NCBI GenBank assembly: GCA_051362555.1
Contig: CM120641.1
Span: 40,120,401 to 40,184,400 of the forward strand
Reading direction: 5' to 3'
DNA length: 64,000 nucleotides
Source: Lingula anatina
Taxonomy: Eukaryota > Animalia > Brachiopoda
Below the pieces are notes generated by a model. It was not told the origin of the DNA, ran no database searches, and saw only the letters and a program-made list of their open reading frames with translations. Shown piece by piece: positions 1 through 11,547 of the stretch. Position 1 is the stretch's first letter. Every line of letters begins with the position of its first letter. The position numbers and the translations under genes are program-made.

Positions 1-2792
1 TGGAAAAGGATCATGTTCATAAAAGGGACACCAACTCTGTAGATGGGAAACCATTACTGCACATTTGTGGCTAGCTTTGCTGAAGGTCTACACCTGAAAT
101 ACAGCTTAGTGAGAATGCATGCCAAAAACGTGAATACACTGCTAGAAAATAAAGAGCATGACAAAATAAGTACATTGATAAGGTAGTGATCAATAGCAAG
201 AGGTGGGTGGAACAAGAGGGTCAGGTGTAAGCTGATTTGTCAATTAACCAAATATTATATATACACACATGTGAAATGAAATACAGACTTTTATTAAAAA
301 AATAAATGAAACAAAATTAATGTTTGGTCAGAAACTGAGTTAACATTCTTCAATCACTTTCATGCTACATTATGTCTACGCATATGGTGCTTTCCGAAAG
401 AAGTAATTTAGACAAATTCTCAACCCTCCCTCATTTTACAAATAGTTCAAACTGATTGATAAGTTCAATAGCATAGACAATGTTGGAATAATTGAACTCG
501 ATTGTTTAAATCCAATGGAGACCTCTGAAATCCCATTTCGATTCTCATCATCCAAATATTCAACTCGCACCCATTACTTCATTATGACATAAAAAAAGGA
601 AAATGTGCACAGACACCAGCCCTAGCACAATAGCTTTACACTAAATGTGTTATCCACAGAAGAAGGAATCTTGGCAGGTTATAGAATGCTTCACAAAAAA
701 TTCTCAACTCATTTCAGTCTTTTTTTTTTTCAATTACAGATAGCTCAATAAGGCTGCCCATTAAGTATTCCCAATACAAAAGAATGAACCAGTTATGAAA
801 AATTAAGCATCCCGATTGTTTGCTTTGGATTCACAGCCAATCATCAGTTATCAAAATAATGCTTTCAAAGGAAGCAAAAAGTACCACAAAATGCATCAGT
901 ATTCAAGCCTTTTCATTAACTTTACTAACACTGAACAAATCTGTAAATCTACAGAGACCATACAAACACTCTGGTTACTGTTAAATTATTGTAAATGTTT
1001 ATAATTTTCTCATTTTTTTGACAAAAACAGCACTGACATCGGTCTACTACATAACAGGGGCAGATTATGTAAGAATTAATGTCTTTATAAAATGCTCTCC
1101 TACAGCTTCATATCCCATCATGTGGGTTATTTGATCTGACATATTCACTGATGGCTTGTCATTTTCCCAGTAGAATGTATGGGATGCTCCATTAATTAGT
1201 AAGTCACAATATGGGCACTTCGTGCAAGATGAATATGCAAACGGCCTCTTCAATACAGAAGCACTTTATATGCTTTTTTTCATTGTGGTGCAACTTTGAG
1301 ATTAAGTAGGGTTTTGTGCTGTTCAACTGTAAATTAAAAAAATATCAAAGTACAAAAATATTATGTAAATTAGACTGCATTTTTCATCGATACACTCAAA
1401 GCCAAACTAAGCTGATAAATGCATTACTGCCTCATCATGCATGAACTGCCACAAATGAAAATGAAACAAAGAAAATGTATATCCAATATGAAATATTCAG
1501 TTATTTTTGGAGAATCCAATGATCTCATTGCCAAACTGTTACCCCAAATGCCTGTATCATGCATCCTCAATATGGCAGGGAAAAGTTTGCAATTCAATAA
1601 TGTGCGATATACCTCTGACAGTTTTTTTTTTCTTTTTATCATGTGGGGGCTTCAATTGACTTTTTTCCTGATGGTGATGCTCTAAATGAATCATCCAAAG
1701 AGTTTTTCCAGTGGAAAAAGTTTTCACAGGATAACAAACTTGGTAGTTCATGGGAACATGAAAATTTAACAATTGCTAATAGTATGTGCAGTCCTTAGGG
1801 TATAACAGCAATGTCTGATTCTACATTTAGTCAGATATGGACAGAATAAAATCCTTATATTATATATCTTTGCTGTCAATTTAAAAGAAAAAAAAACATT
1901 TTTGCTATTAAACATTTTCTTGGATATTTCTGTATGTGGTGATGTCGTCTATATTATCATTACTGTTAATTAATAACCCCTATTAATCTAAATTCATTTC
2001 CAGACCATCTTCAAACTAGACGATTAAAAAAAGCATTTGATAAGTTTATTTACAGCTTCTGAGAAAATTGTCAGAATGGCTGATATTGAGGAATCATGTC
2101 AATATATTCAGTGCATATGGGAAGATATTGCTACAAGTGCAAATCATCAACTAGAATCAAAAACTGCAATAAGCCTATTTGGACAAGTTGAAATAATGTA
2201 CGGCTTATGCTTTTACCTGACAGGGATTGGTTGCACTTTATTCTGAGCAGATATCATCAGAATCAGAGGGGTGTGATACAAGTCAGAGCACTCCTAATAT
2301 GTATTTCATATCTTCCAGATACCTTTCACTACATCACTATGTATACCACTTTGTGAACAGTGTTTATGGATCATACCACAATAAAGTCAAATTACAGAAA
2401 AAGTCTTAGAAAGCAACAAAGCAGCACCTGTATTTCATAGCATCATTAATGAAAACTGATTTGAAATAAGAAGACCAATTAAGACAGAATAAGGGTGGAC
2501 ATCACGAACAGAAGGAAGAAAAAAAAGAAAGGAAAGCACGTAAAATATCACAAGTCAAACAGCAGATGGAATGATGAGCAGATACAAAGTTCTGGAGGAA
2601 TAATGAACATGTATATAACAAGCACACAAAGGTACATATTACACTAGCTAACTATGTCTATAAACAAAATAACATCACTACTAAAGATATACTGATAACA
2701 ATTACTTTTATATGAAAAGACAGTCTAGATAGCTATCAAAACAAATTAACAACAAGAAATTTATGAAATAAATAACAATACATTGTACCTAC

Positions 2793-3038
2793 CCTGCCAG
2801 TACAATAAAACAATCCAGGCGATTCCAGGTGTCAGCCAAATACGTCATTTTTCCAAAGAAGCCCATGGCAATAATTTTGATGACCATCTCCACAGCAAAG
2901 AATGCAAAGATGAAATGGTCAAATCCCTCCAAGACTTTACATCTGGTTGTGTCGCAATTCCCGTCCACGCAGGGCTGGTACATCCCCAGGGTGACACAAT
3001 TCAGTAAGATCACCATCATACTGGTTCTCTCGAACCAA
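2793..3038 (-). CDS. CACNA1G: T-type voltage-gated calcium channel alpha1 (Cav3; CACNA1G/H/I co-ortholog), coding exon 2, domain I S1-S3
   Basis: Reads [82 protein letters not shown], the Cav3 domain I signature. AC acceptor at 3040-3039, GTAGGT donor at 2792. I could not find the next exon in 1-2792. Confidence 0.96.
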
Positions 3039-6000
3039 GTGCATTGGAGTTAAGGAAAAAGTTTTTGAAATATCATTCTGAAAATATATTTGTTATAATA
3101 AACTATAAAGCTAGTTCTTTTACGCTAAAGCAGTAACAATTTTAGGTGAGCAGAAGGATGCTATCATCACACTGATCGATCCAGGATAGCAACAAGGCAG
3201 AAACATTATGAAAATTCATCTGAATAACCATTTGGTCAACAAAACCTGTTTCATGCATAAAAAAAGACATCTAGGTGCACTTTCTCTTCACTTTTCTCTT
3301 AATTTCTTAGTCTAAATACATGAAATAATAATAATGATACTTTTTACCTATTAAATATCCCCAATAATTAACCTTATATAAAAAACAGGTTGCCAATGAC
3401 TTAAAATTAATTGTAATGGAAAACGGTTCACTTTTGTTTGAATTCAAAATATGCAAAGTGTAGCTACTGATCCCCTGTTTAGTTTTTACCAATATTGGTT
3501 TCTTAACAGCAAAAAGTGTGCTCATGAGTAATTAAACAAATATACTACAACTTTGGCTTTTATGATCAAAGTGGCACAACAAAAATGCTGGCAAGTGCCT
3601 GGACCTGTCAATCTATTGCATTTTACTTAATCACTTAGTATTCATGAGAAAGATCGATGACACTAATTGAAATCTGTATAGCAACAGTGCTCCCCGTGTT
3701 CTTGCTTCCCATTTCCTAAGTGACTGTATATTGTAAGATGTACAATTTGGCATTCTATGCTTTCTTGCACCGATTGTGTGAATTCCCAGAGCTGGAAAAT
3801 AGAAATCAATTTCAATTTCTAACATATGAATCAATGCTGCAATCTGAAGTAAGCCCTGGTAAGGATTAAGACTTGATTTTACGTACAACTATCCCATATT
3901 TCACAGAATTCAGCACATTGTGTCCCTTGTCCTAATACTAATTCTAATAGGAATTTCTCCCAATCTGAAAACCATGCCAAGAAGTAAATTGATCAACTGG
4001 GAAAATGTTTGTTTCTCATCAATAGGAATTAACTTTAAAACCTATATCTAGACACATCAACCATGGCAAAAGGCTTAAAAGTGAAAAAAAAAGTCTAAGT
4101 ATTCCCCGAAGTACAATAGACAACTCTACTGGCTCAATTGCATTATCAGAACAGACTATCACAGTTGCCATGAACCACTGGGAACCTTTCACATGTCTGG
4201 ATGGAGTTGTTAAGGCCAAGGCAATTCCTAATGTTTACTTTCATTGGAAAAAGGATAAGTGCATGTAAGAACCTGCAAAGCTAAATTTGTTCTTGCTTAT
4301 CAATGTATTAAATAACAGTCAGTTAAACAATGACCATAGGAAAAGGGGGAGGGGAGAGAAGAGAAGGGGGCAGCACCATAACTGCCAGCAGGAAATTAAT
4401 AAAGGTTCCAATATGCAGCATGCCGTGAACAATTGCAATGATCTATGTCAGCGCTGTCTACCTGAAATTCTCATAAAATCAATTTCCTGCTCACACATGA
4501 AATGATCAGCAAGTGAATAAAATATAATAACAGAAGGTTATCCCTCTTTCTCTAGGTCACCTTCATGTATCTACAAAGGCATGCAGTAAATTATAAAAGC
4601 ATGTAATTTCCAGATTACTCAAAGAATTTTATATATAAAGATTATATGCATAAATACGTTGTGAGAAATGGATCCATTTTGGCCATTAACACCCCCCTCC
4701 CCAATGCATTTTACTGCTTTAAATAATAGATTTTGATTGACTTATGTTAAATCAGACTATAACAAGAACAAAACTGAGCTAGATTAATCCCCCAACAAAA
4801 AAACTGGCACTGACTAAAAAAAAAATAATAATAAAAATTCAGCAAAATATTACAGATATTGCTTATCTTATAGGATAGTTTGATTTTCATAATGACAAAG
4901 CTTACTGGTTATTAGAGGAGCCTCATATATAAATGATGAAAGCTACCCTCCTTACAAACGAAGAAGAAAAAATAAAATCATTTATTGATAGTTCATGTAT
5001 ATATTCAATTCATAATGTAGAGAGATAAGGTGAAGTTTGAAGATGTACTGTTATGAATGGCAAGGACATAAAAATGCCCACAACAGCATAATTATTTTTA
5101 GTTGCGCCATTGAGCATGCCTCAGAACTATTGCTAATGCCACGCGTACATTCCTGCAGGTACTAGACATTCCTACAGAGCCAAACTAGCTACAGGATGGA
5201 TCTTCAAACACTCCCAGAAATACTATATACTTGGCAATCTATACACCTTTACTATATTGAGCTGTGGGCATCCTGTGATTTTTTTCTTAGTATACAGACG
5301 ATGAAATAAAGTGGATTGCATGATGCTTCAACTAAAAGGGTTCCTATATAACACTTTCTTTGTCTTAAATTTTCATATTCCCCATAAAAACAGCATTAAA
5401 ATTACTACCCTCTGGTCAAAAATTGTAGTTAATGTAAGGTTTAAATTCTAGAAAAATATGTTAATGACAACTTTCAAAAACAGAATTACAAAGGTTATTA
5501 CTTTTAACTTAGGATTTTGATGGCATGATAGGGTTAAAATCCTGCTAACTACTCCTTTAAGTGCCTTTTTTGTACTTGCAGTTAAACTGGTGTCGCTGAC
5601 AATCTTTATATAGAAAGATTCATTCATTTTCTGCATATGAATAAGGTAAAATAGTTTTTCCCAATTTTTAAAATAATAAGACTTTTTCTCCAAATCTTCT
5701 TTCAATCACTAGCAAGTTTTCTAGATGAATGACCAGCACAGTGTGACCATTGTACAAATCTGGTCCTCAGGAGTGCTCCTTTAAAATTGAGGAAGCTACA
5801 ACTGTGATCTCCCCTTAATTAATGGCAATCAGGGCACAGTGACCTAGCCAATGTTTCCAGATCAACATCATTATTGGCATTTAAACGTATACACCATCTC
5901 AATCAACAGATACACTCCTGCTACATCTGTTTCTTGTACTGTCCTAAGATCAAAGACCCAAAGAAGGATGTGCTGAAGGTAGCTCTCTGCAGTTAACAAG

Positions 6001-6391
6001 TTTGTAAGTAAATTCAACATTGGTATCATCAAGTAATGAGTTTTTGTATATATGCACCGGGTACAACAATATTTAGCCTTTAATTCAAGGAGAATCTTGG
6101 GAGTGACCTGGTTTGCTCCTCAGTTTTACATCTAAGCTGAATACATGGATTATAAGTCATGAATACCTGCAACTAGAGACTAATTAGGGTGGGAGTTCAG
6201 TCAATCATTCCCATTTCTGTGTACAAGTCAAGCTGGCAGGAGGCAAACACTTTCCAATGCAAATGGTAAAAGTATAACACCTTCAGATAGTCAGTGAACA
6301 CATACAGCCTGTTCCTGCATGGGATATTTCTCACTAATATCTGATGGCTGATGGAGAAGTTAGACCCTTTTCAAATCTAGCTATAAACTTA

Positions 6392-6605
6392 CACCCCATT
6401 TCCATAGATTAGATCGACCTACTTTAGATCGACCTAACTCCCTGGGTGTTCATGCTAAATAGCTGTCAGCCGGGCGGACACGAAAGTTAATTACCCCTTA
6501 TAGCTTGTAGTAGGCGGGGACGGACACTTAAGGGGGATTATCTGACAGTAATCTAGTGAGACTCCCCGCAGTGATAGATCGATCTAAAGTTGTGGGAATA
6601 GACCC
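6392..6605 (+). mobile_element. Harbinger/PIF-like MITE family A, copy 1
   Basis: TTA TSD on both sides; inverted TTTAGATCGA subterminal repeats; five copies in the window. Confidence 0.8.
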
Positions 6606-6894
6606 TTAAACTGGACTCATGATTAGCTTTGAGAGGTTGTAAAATGCAATCATGCGACAGTCATATATAATCAGCATCACATGTATTTTCCTAGTAATTG
6701 AAATTATTTAACTTGAAATATATTTTCTTTATTCAAGTGGATAAAAGATGGCAGCAGACCATTACAGGATTAAACAGTCTACCTTTAATGTAGGGTCCAC
6801 CATATTTGATCCTTGGATCAGTTGATCCTTGGATCTTCTATTCTGAATGGCCCACATAACCCTATGGCTAGATTTAAGTCTTTGTCTAGTTTTA

Positions 6895-7095
6895 AGGTGC
6901 ATTCCCAGAGATTTAGATCGACCTAACTCCCTAGGGGTTCACGTTAAATTGTAGTCAGCCAAGTTTGTACCATAGTTAATTACCCCCTTACAGCTTCTAA
7001 TAGGCTGGACAGACACTTAAACCGGTTAAGCTGACAGTAATCTAGTGAGACTCCCCACAGGAATAGATCGATCTAAAATCTATGGGAATGGGGTC
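6895..7095 (+). mobile_element. Harbinger/PIF-like MITE family A, copy 2
   Basis: TTA TSD; same core as 6392-6605. Confidence 0.8.
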
Positions 7096-7407
7096 TTAGT
7101 AAATACTATTCTGGATGTACCCTTGTCAGAAGAAAACTACTGAGGAAATTGAGGGAGGTCCACTAACTTCGACCATGTGAACACAATGTCTGATTTATTC
7201 TGCAAGAGAGCAAATTTGTAACAGCCTTTTGTAGTTATGTGGAAATAAAGGGGCAATAGGTGAACTATTACAGTTTATAGCCACCAGCCCAATCTTGACA
7301 GATCAGGCATGAAATAATTACTTGATTTCCACTTGGAATTTGCTCCAGAATTTGATCCCAAAGCCTATATATATGGACTACCACGGACTCAAAGTTTGCA
7401 ATCATGG

Positions 7408-7695
7408 GGGCCATTCAGAATAGATGATCTAAGTACTAACTGATCCGCTGACTAAATATGGCTGACCACACTTCAAAAAAGATGCTGTCGATTCCTGATT
7501 TTCTCCCCGCCTCCATCTGCGCCATTAAATGGTTTAATCTATAGGCTCCGGAGTTTGATTGCTAGGCCTCTGCAACAACGACGAGTGTGGAGGCGGGTGA
7601 ACCATCATGAAATTAGTGGCAGCGCTTTTGATGTGGGGTCGCCATATTTAGTCGGCGGATCAGTTAGTACTTGGATCATTTATTCTGAATGGCCC
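7408..7695. mobile_element. MITE with long GGGCCATTCAGAATA TIRs (Harbinger-like termini)
   Basis: About 65-bp inverted arms; a related right-end fragment at about 6793-6853. TSD unclear. Confidence 0.7.
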
Positions 7696-8387
7696 AATAA
7701 ACTTTGTTTTTCTATATAAAAATAATATCTTTAAAGTTCAAAGTACTAAACTAGTTAATTTAAGATAATGATTGATAAAGGTTGTTTACAGCAGTGAACC
7801 TCAGCAAGTCTCCTTCGTTTATGGACACAAAAGAATTCCTATGAGATATATATCCACAGCTGGATAACAGCAACAAGTAAAAAGATGTGTATTTATTTTC
7901 CACAACATAAAAAACAACCTGTTTATCAAATATTAACTTTAATGCACTGGAATTTATCATACATTTGAAAATGAAATCATTTCCCCATTTATTTGATTGA
8001 CGTCAGTGGGAAGGATTGACATTTTACAGAATAAAGAAAGAGGCAACATAAATGTATAGTTTATTGAGCATGGTAATTTGAGAAAAAAGGCATATAGAAT
8101 GTCAGTCTCCCTTTCTGTACACAGTTTTTCAATCTAATGAATAATGTCAGGAAACTTTTATCAATCACAGCCATTTGTTACATAATGCAAACTAAAATAA
8201 GAAAATATCAAATATCAAACATCCATAATAATTACTAGTAATCAAAATAATAACCCAAAGGTCTCTTCCATGAAATACCAAGGTAATCATATCATTATCA
8301 AGTTTTTTTAAACATCTCCCTCAGCTTATTGGATGCATGAGATTGTCAAACTAGAGGATCACAGTGGCAATAGCACCTCCGGGTATT

Positions 8388-8707
8388 CAAGCCTATAACC
8401 AACTACCAGACTCGGCACCGAATGATCCCGAATTCATCGGCAGATTGGACCACACTACCCGTTTTCAAGGTGTGCATCAGTATGCATTTCATAGTATTAT
8501 ACCCTGGAACAAATTTTGAACTGAGATGCACTACTTTCCAACCCCGCTGAGAATCATCACTATCACATTGTGTACTAGGCAAGAGCGGTGCTGTGCCCGA
8601 TACTTCAAAGCGCGTACTGACACACACCTTGAAAACGGATAATGTGGTCCGATCTACTGGTGAATTCAGGATCATTTGGTGCCAAGTCTGGTAGTTGGGT
8701 AGGCCTG
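8388..8707. mobile_element. Long-TIR MITE family B (5-bp TSD, hAT5-like), copy 1
   Basis: About 100-bp TIRs CA(A/G)GCCT..AACTACCAGACTCGGCACC; TSD GTATT at 8383-8387 and 8708-8712. Confidence 0.8.
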
Positions 8708-8846
8708 GTATTTTAAAGCCAACGAGATTAAGCTCTTTTAAGTTAAATGGTAGCTTTGGATGTATCTGTTTTGGTTGTGGCGAAATAATGACTGGTAAAT
8801 ATGTGAAGTGCATGTCATGGTGAAAAGTGAGTCAAAGGTAAAATTA

Positions 8847-9060
8847 GGGTCTATTCCCACAACTTTAGATCGATCTATCACCGCGGGGAGTCTCACCAGA
8901 CTACCGTCAGATAATCCCCCTTAAGTGTCCGTCCCCGCCCACTACAAGCCGTAAGGGGCAATTAACTTTCGTGTCCGCCCGGCTGACAGCTATTCAGCGC
9001 GACCCCCCAGGGAGTTAGGTCGATCCAAAGTAGGTCGATCTAATCTATGGAAATGGGGTG
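8847..9060 (-). mobile_element. Harbinger/PIF-like MITE family A, copy 3
   Basis: Near reverse complement of 6392-6605; flanks TTA/TAA. Confidence 0.8.
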
Positions 9061-9366
9061 TAAAAGTCACAATAATATTGTCAATATATGATTTGCCATT
9101 TAAGTTCAATGGTAACTGTGGGTGTCTCTCTGCTACTTTGGTAGATATAAAAGCTGGAAAATGTGCTAAATGCAGCTCATGGTGAAAAAATAGGTCAAAG
9201 GTCAAATCCAAGGTCACAGTAAGATTGCAAATATATGACTTCCTATTCAAATTCAAGAGTAACTATGATTGCATCCCTGCCAGTTTAGTAGATATAAGGG
9301 TTGAAAATATTGCAAAGTGCAGTTCATGTTAAAAGTAGGTCAAGGGTCAAATTAAGGTAACAGTAA

Positions 9367-9591
9367 GGGTGCTTTCCCAGAGATTTAGATCGATCTTAAG
9401 ATTAAGATTTAGATCGACCTAACTCCCTGGGGGTTCACGCTAAATTGCAGTCAGCCGAGCGGGCACCATAGTTAATTACCCCCTTACAGCTTTTAGTAGC
9501 AGGACAGACGCTTAAGCCGGCCAAGCTGACAGTAATCTAGTGAGACTCCCCACAGGGATAGATCGATCTAAAAATCTATGGAAATGGGGTG
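9367..9591 (+). mobile_element. Harbinger/PIF-like MITE family A, copy 4
   Basis: TAA TSD; the empty site cagTAAgattgcaaat is visible in the neighbouring tandem unit at about 9217-9232. Confidence 0.85.
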
Positions 9592-11513
9592 TAAGATTGC
9601 AAATATAGGACTTTCTATTCCTACACTTTGTCCCTCTAATCTAACTGTGGATGGGCAAAGGGAAAAGCTTGATCATTAATACACAAAAGAAAATTGAGAT
9701 GAGGATGCAAACTATTATGCGATGACATCTTCAAAACAACAACAGTGTTCTTATCTTTTAAAAATTGAAAAATAAAATAATTCAAATTTTCTTTTGAATT
9801 CTATTTCTTTCAAAGGAAAACAATACTACAGCAATGTAGAATCAAATCATTTATATCCTTGAATTACATGTCATCCTCAGCTTCCCCTAAGATTAACTGT
9901 GCAGGACTAGGATTCTCAAATGCAAACACCAAGTCCAAGAAACCTCCAAACCCATCAATCATGATTCATAAATCATTCAAAAATTAATCAACTAAAGCTA
10001 ATTAAATGACACCTGGCTGCTGTGCAAAGTATACTTGAACACCCGCAAAGAAAGGCAATTGTTGTGACATCCTCCTGACCAGGTGAATCTGCCATGCAAG
10101 CGTAGGCAGAGGTACATCAACTATTCAGCCTAACCTATTGATTTCCAAGTTTTTCTTACCGATCATGATAAAAATGCTGCAACTATTCAGACTTTTTATT
10201 GAGATAATTTATCTTTACTTGAATCCCCTGCCTCAAGGGATTCTTCAGGCAAGCCATCTTTGATTAGAAAAGTGGAAACGAATAAAAATTGCATATTTAC
10301 TGTTTTATAAGAGAAGTTATCTCCCATGGGCATTTGGGAAAAGAATCTGTGTCAAATGTATACAGGCAATTTATGCTTATAATTCTCAAGCTGTTAAGCA
10401 AATACGTAGACCAAAGTACTAGACTAAAAATACATAAAGCTGCTGCAAACAGCAGATCATCAGCCTTGAGCTTAAAATGAAAATCTAGGCCGATATCATC
10501 GAATAAAAGTTTCATAAATACATTTTCATACAACTAGACAAGTTGAATATGTATGGAAAAAAGGCATCAATTCAATATAATGAACAAGAAGCTACAGATC
10601 AACAAAAAGTACAAAAAAAATTAATCACAAATGGCAAGAAGCGCATATTCAAAGAAGACATATCTTCAAACAAGCAATAAATAATGAATTTAGACAAACC
10701 TTGTAACTCAATTGAAACATCTCATGTAATGAATATTTACAAAAGCAACTGAATCAAAGCGAATGTGACTTGAGTGTATCCATGTATCATGACACAGTCT
10801 TATATTGCTCAGAATTGTTTAAATCCTATCTCCATATTGAAAATCAAATAAAACCACAATAACAAAATACGAATAGTACATCTTAAAGTCAAATATATGC
10901 ATAACATGCCTGCCATCTGAATAAATACCTATAACACAAATTTGTCTACCCAATGCAAATGGCACATTTATCAGTCTTGGTCCCTATGCACTAAATCAGG
11001 AATATAGCTCTAGACGTTGTCAATTTATCACTGACCACCTTATTTAATGATGTCTGGGAATATTCTTTATTCATCAATCTGAGCATGTCATCTTAAACTC
11101 GAATACAATCTCCATTTTTCCCAATTTCTAACAGTCTTCTTGCATTGAGGTCCTTATTGCTGAAGAAATAAATGGGTATTTTCCCAGAAACAAATCCTTC
11201 TGCCATCTCTTCTATAAAAGCTATGATGTGAAGAAACCACTCATGCAGACGGATAATAGTATAGATCATTGCATTAGCAGAAATAATTATCTAACCTATT
11301 ATTCTTATTCCTGCAGAACTTAAAAACCCTACTTTCTAGCAGAAAATGGAGAAAACACGGTAAAAATTTCATTATGTATTATTCAATAATGTATTTTAGG
11401 AGGGATAAGCAGAAGTTTGGCTAATAAACAATCTTTTATTGGTAAAAACTATATTTAATTGCCTTTAAATTTTTGGGTTCTATATTTTTCATTCTCTCCA
11501 ATACAAGAATGAC

Positions 11514-11547
<34 letters not shown>

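Larger units (their letters stand above)
8349..9620. repeat. Degenerate ~120-bp tandem array (Helentron-associated type) hosting three MITE insertions
   Basis: Recurrent unit ...tgcagctcatggtgaaaaaataggtcaaaggtcaaatccaaggtcacagtaagattgcaaatatatgact...; begins aactagagg. Confidence 0.6.

Noticed and set aside
1-105. Minus-strand tttcAG acceptor as Cav3 exon 3
   Set aside because: The downstream sequence does not encode the expected S3-S4 segment (LSAIRT.RVLRPLRAINR).
8403-8813. Longest ORF in the track (136 aa)
   Set aside because: It runs through the palindromic MITE at 8388-8707 and the tandem array, with no protein family resemblance.
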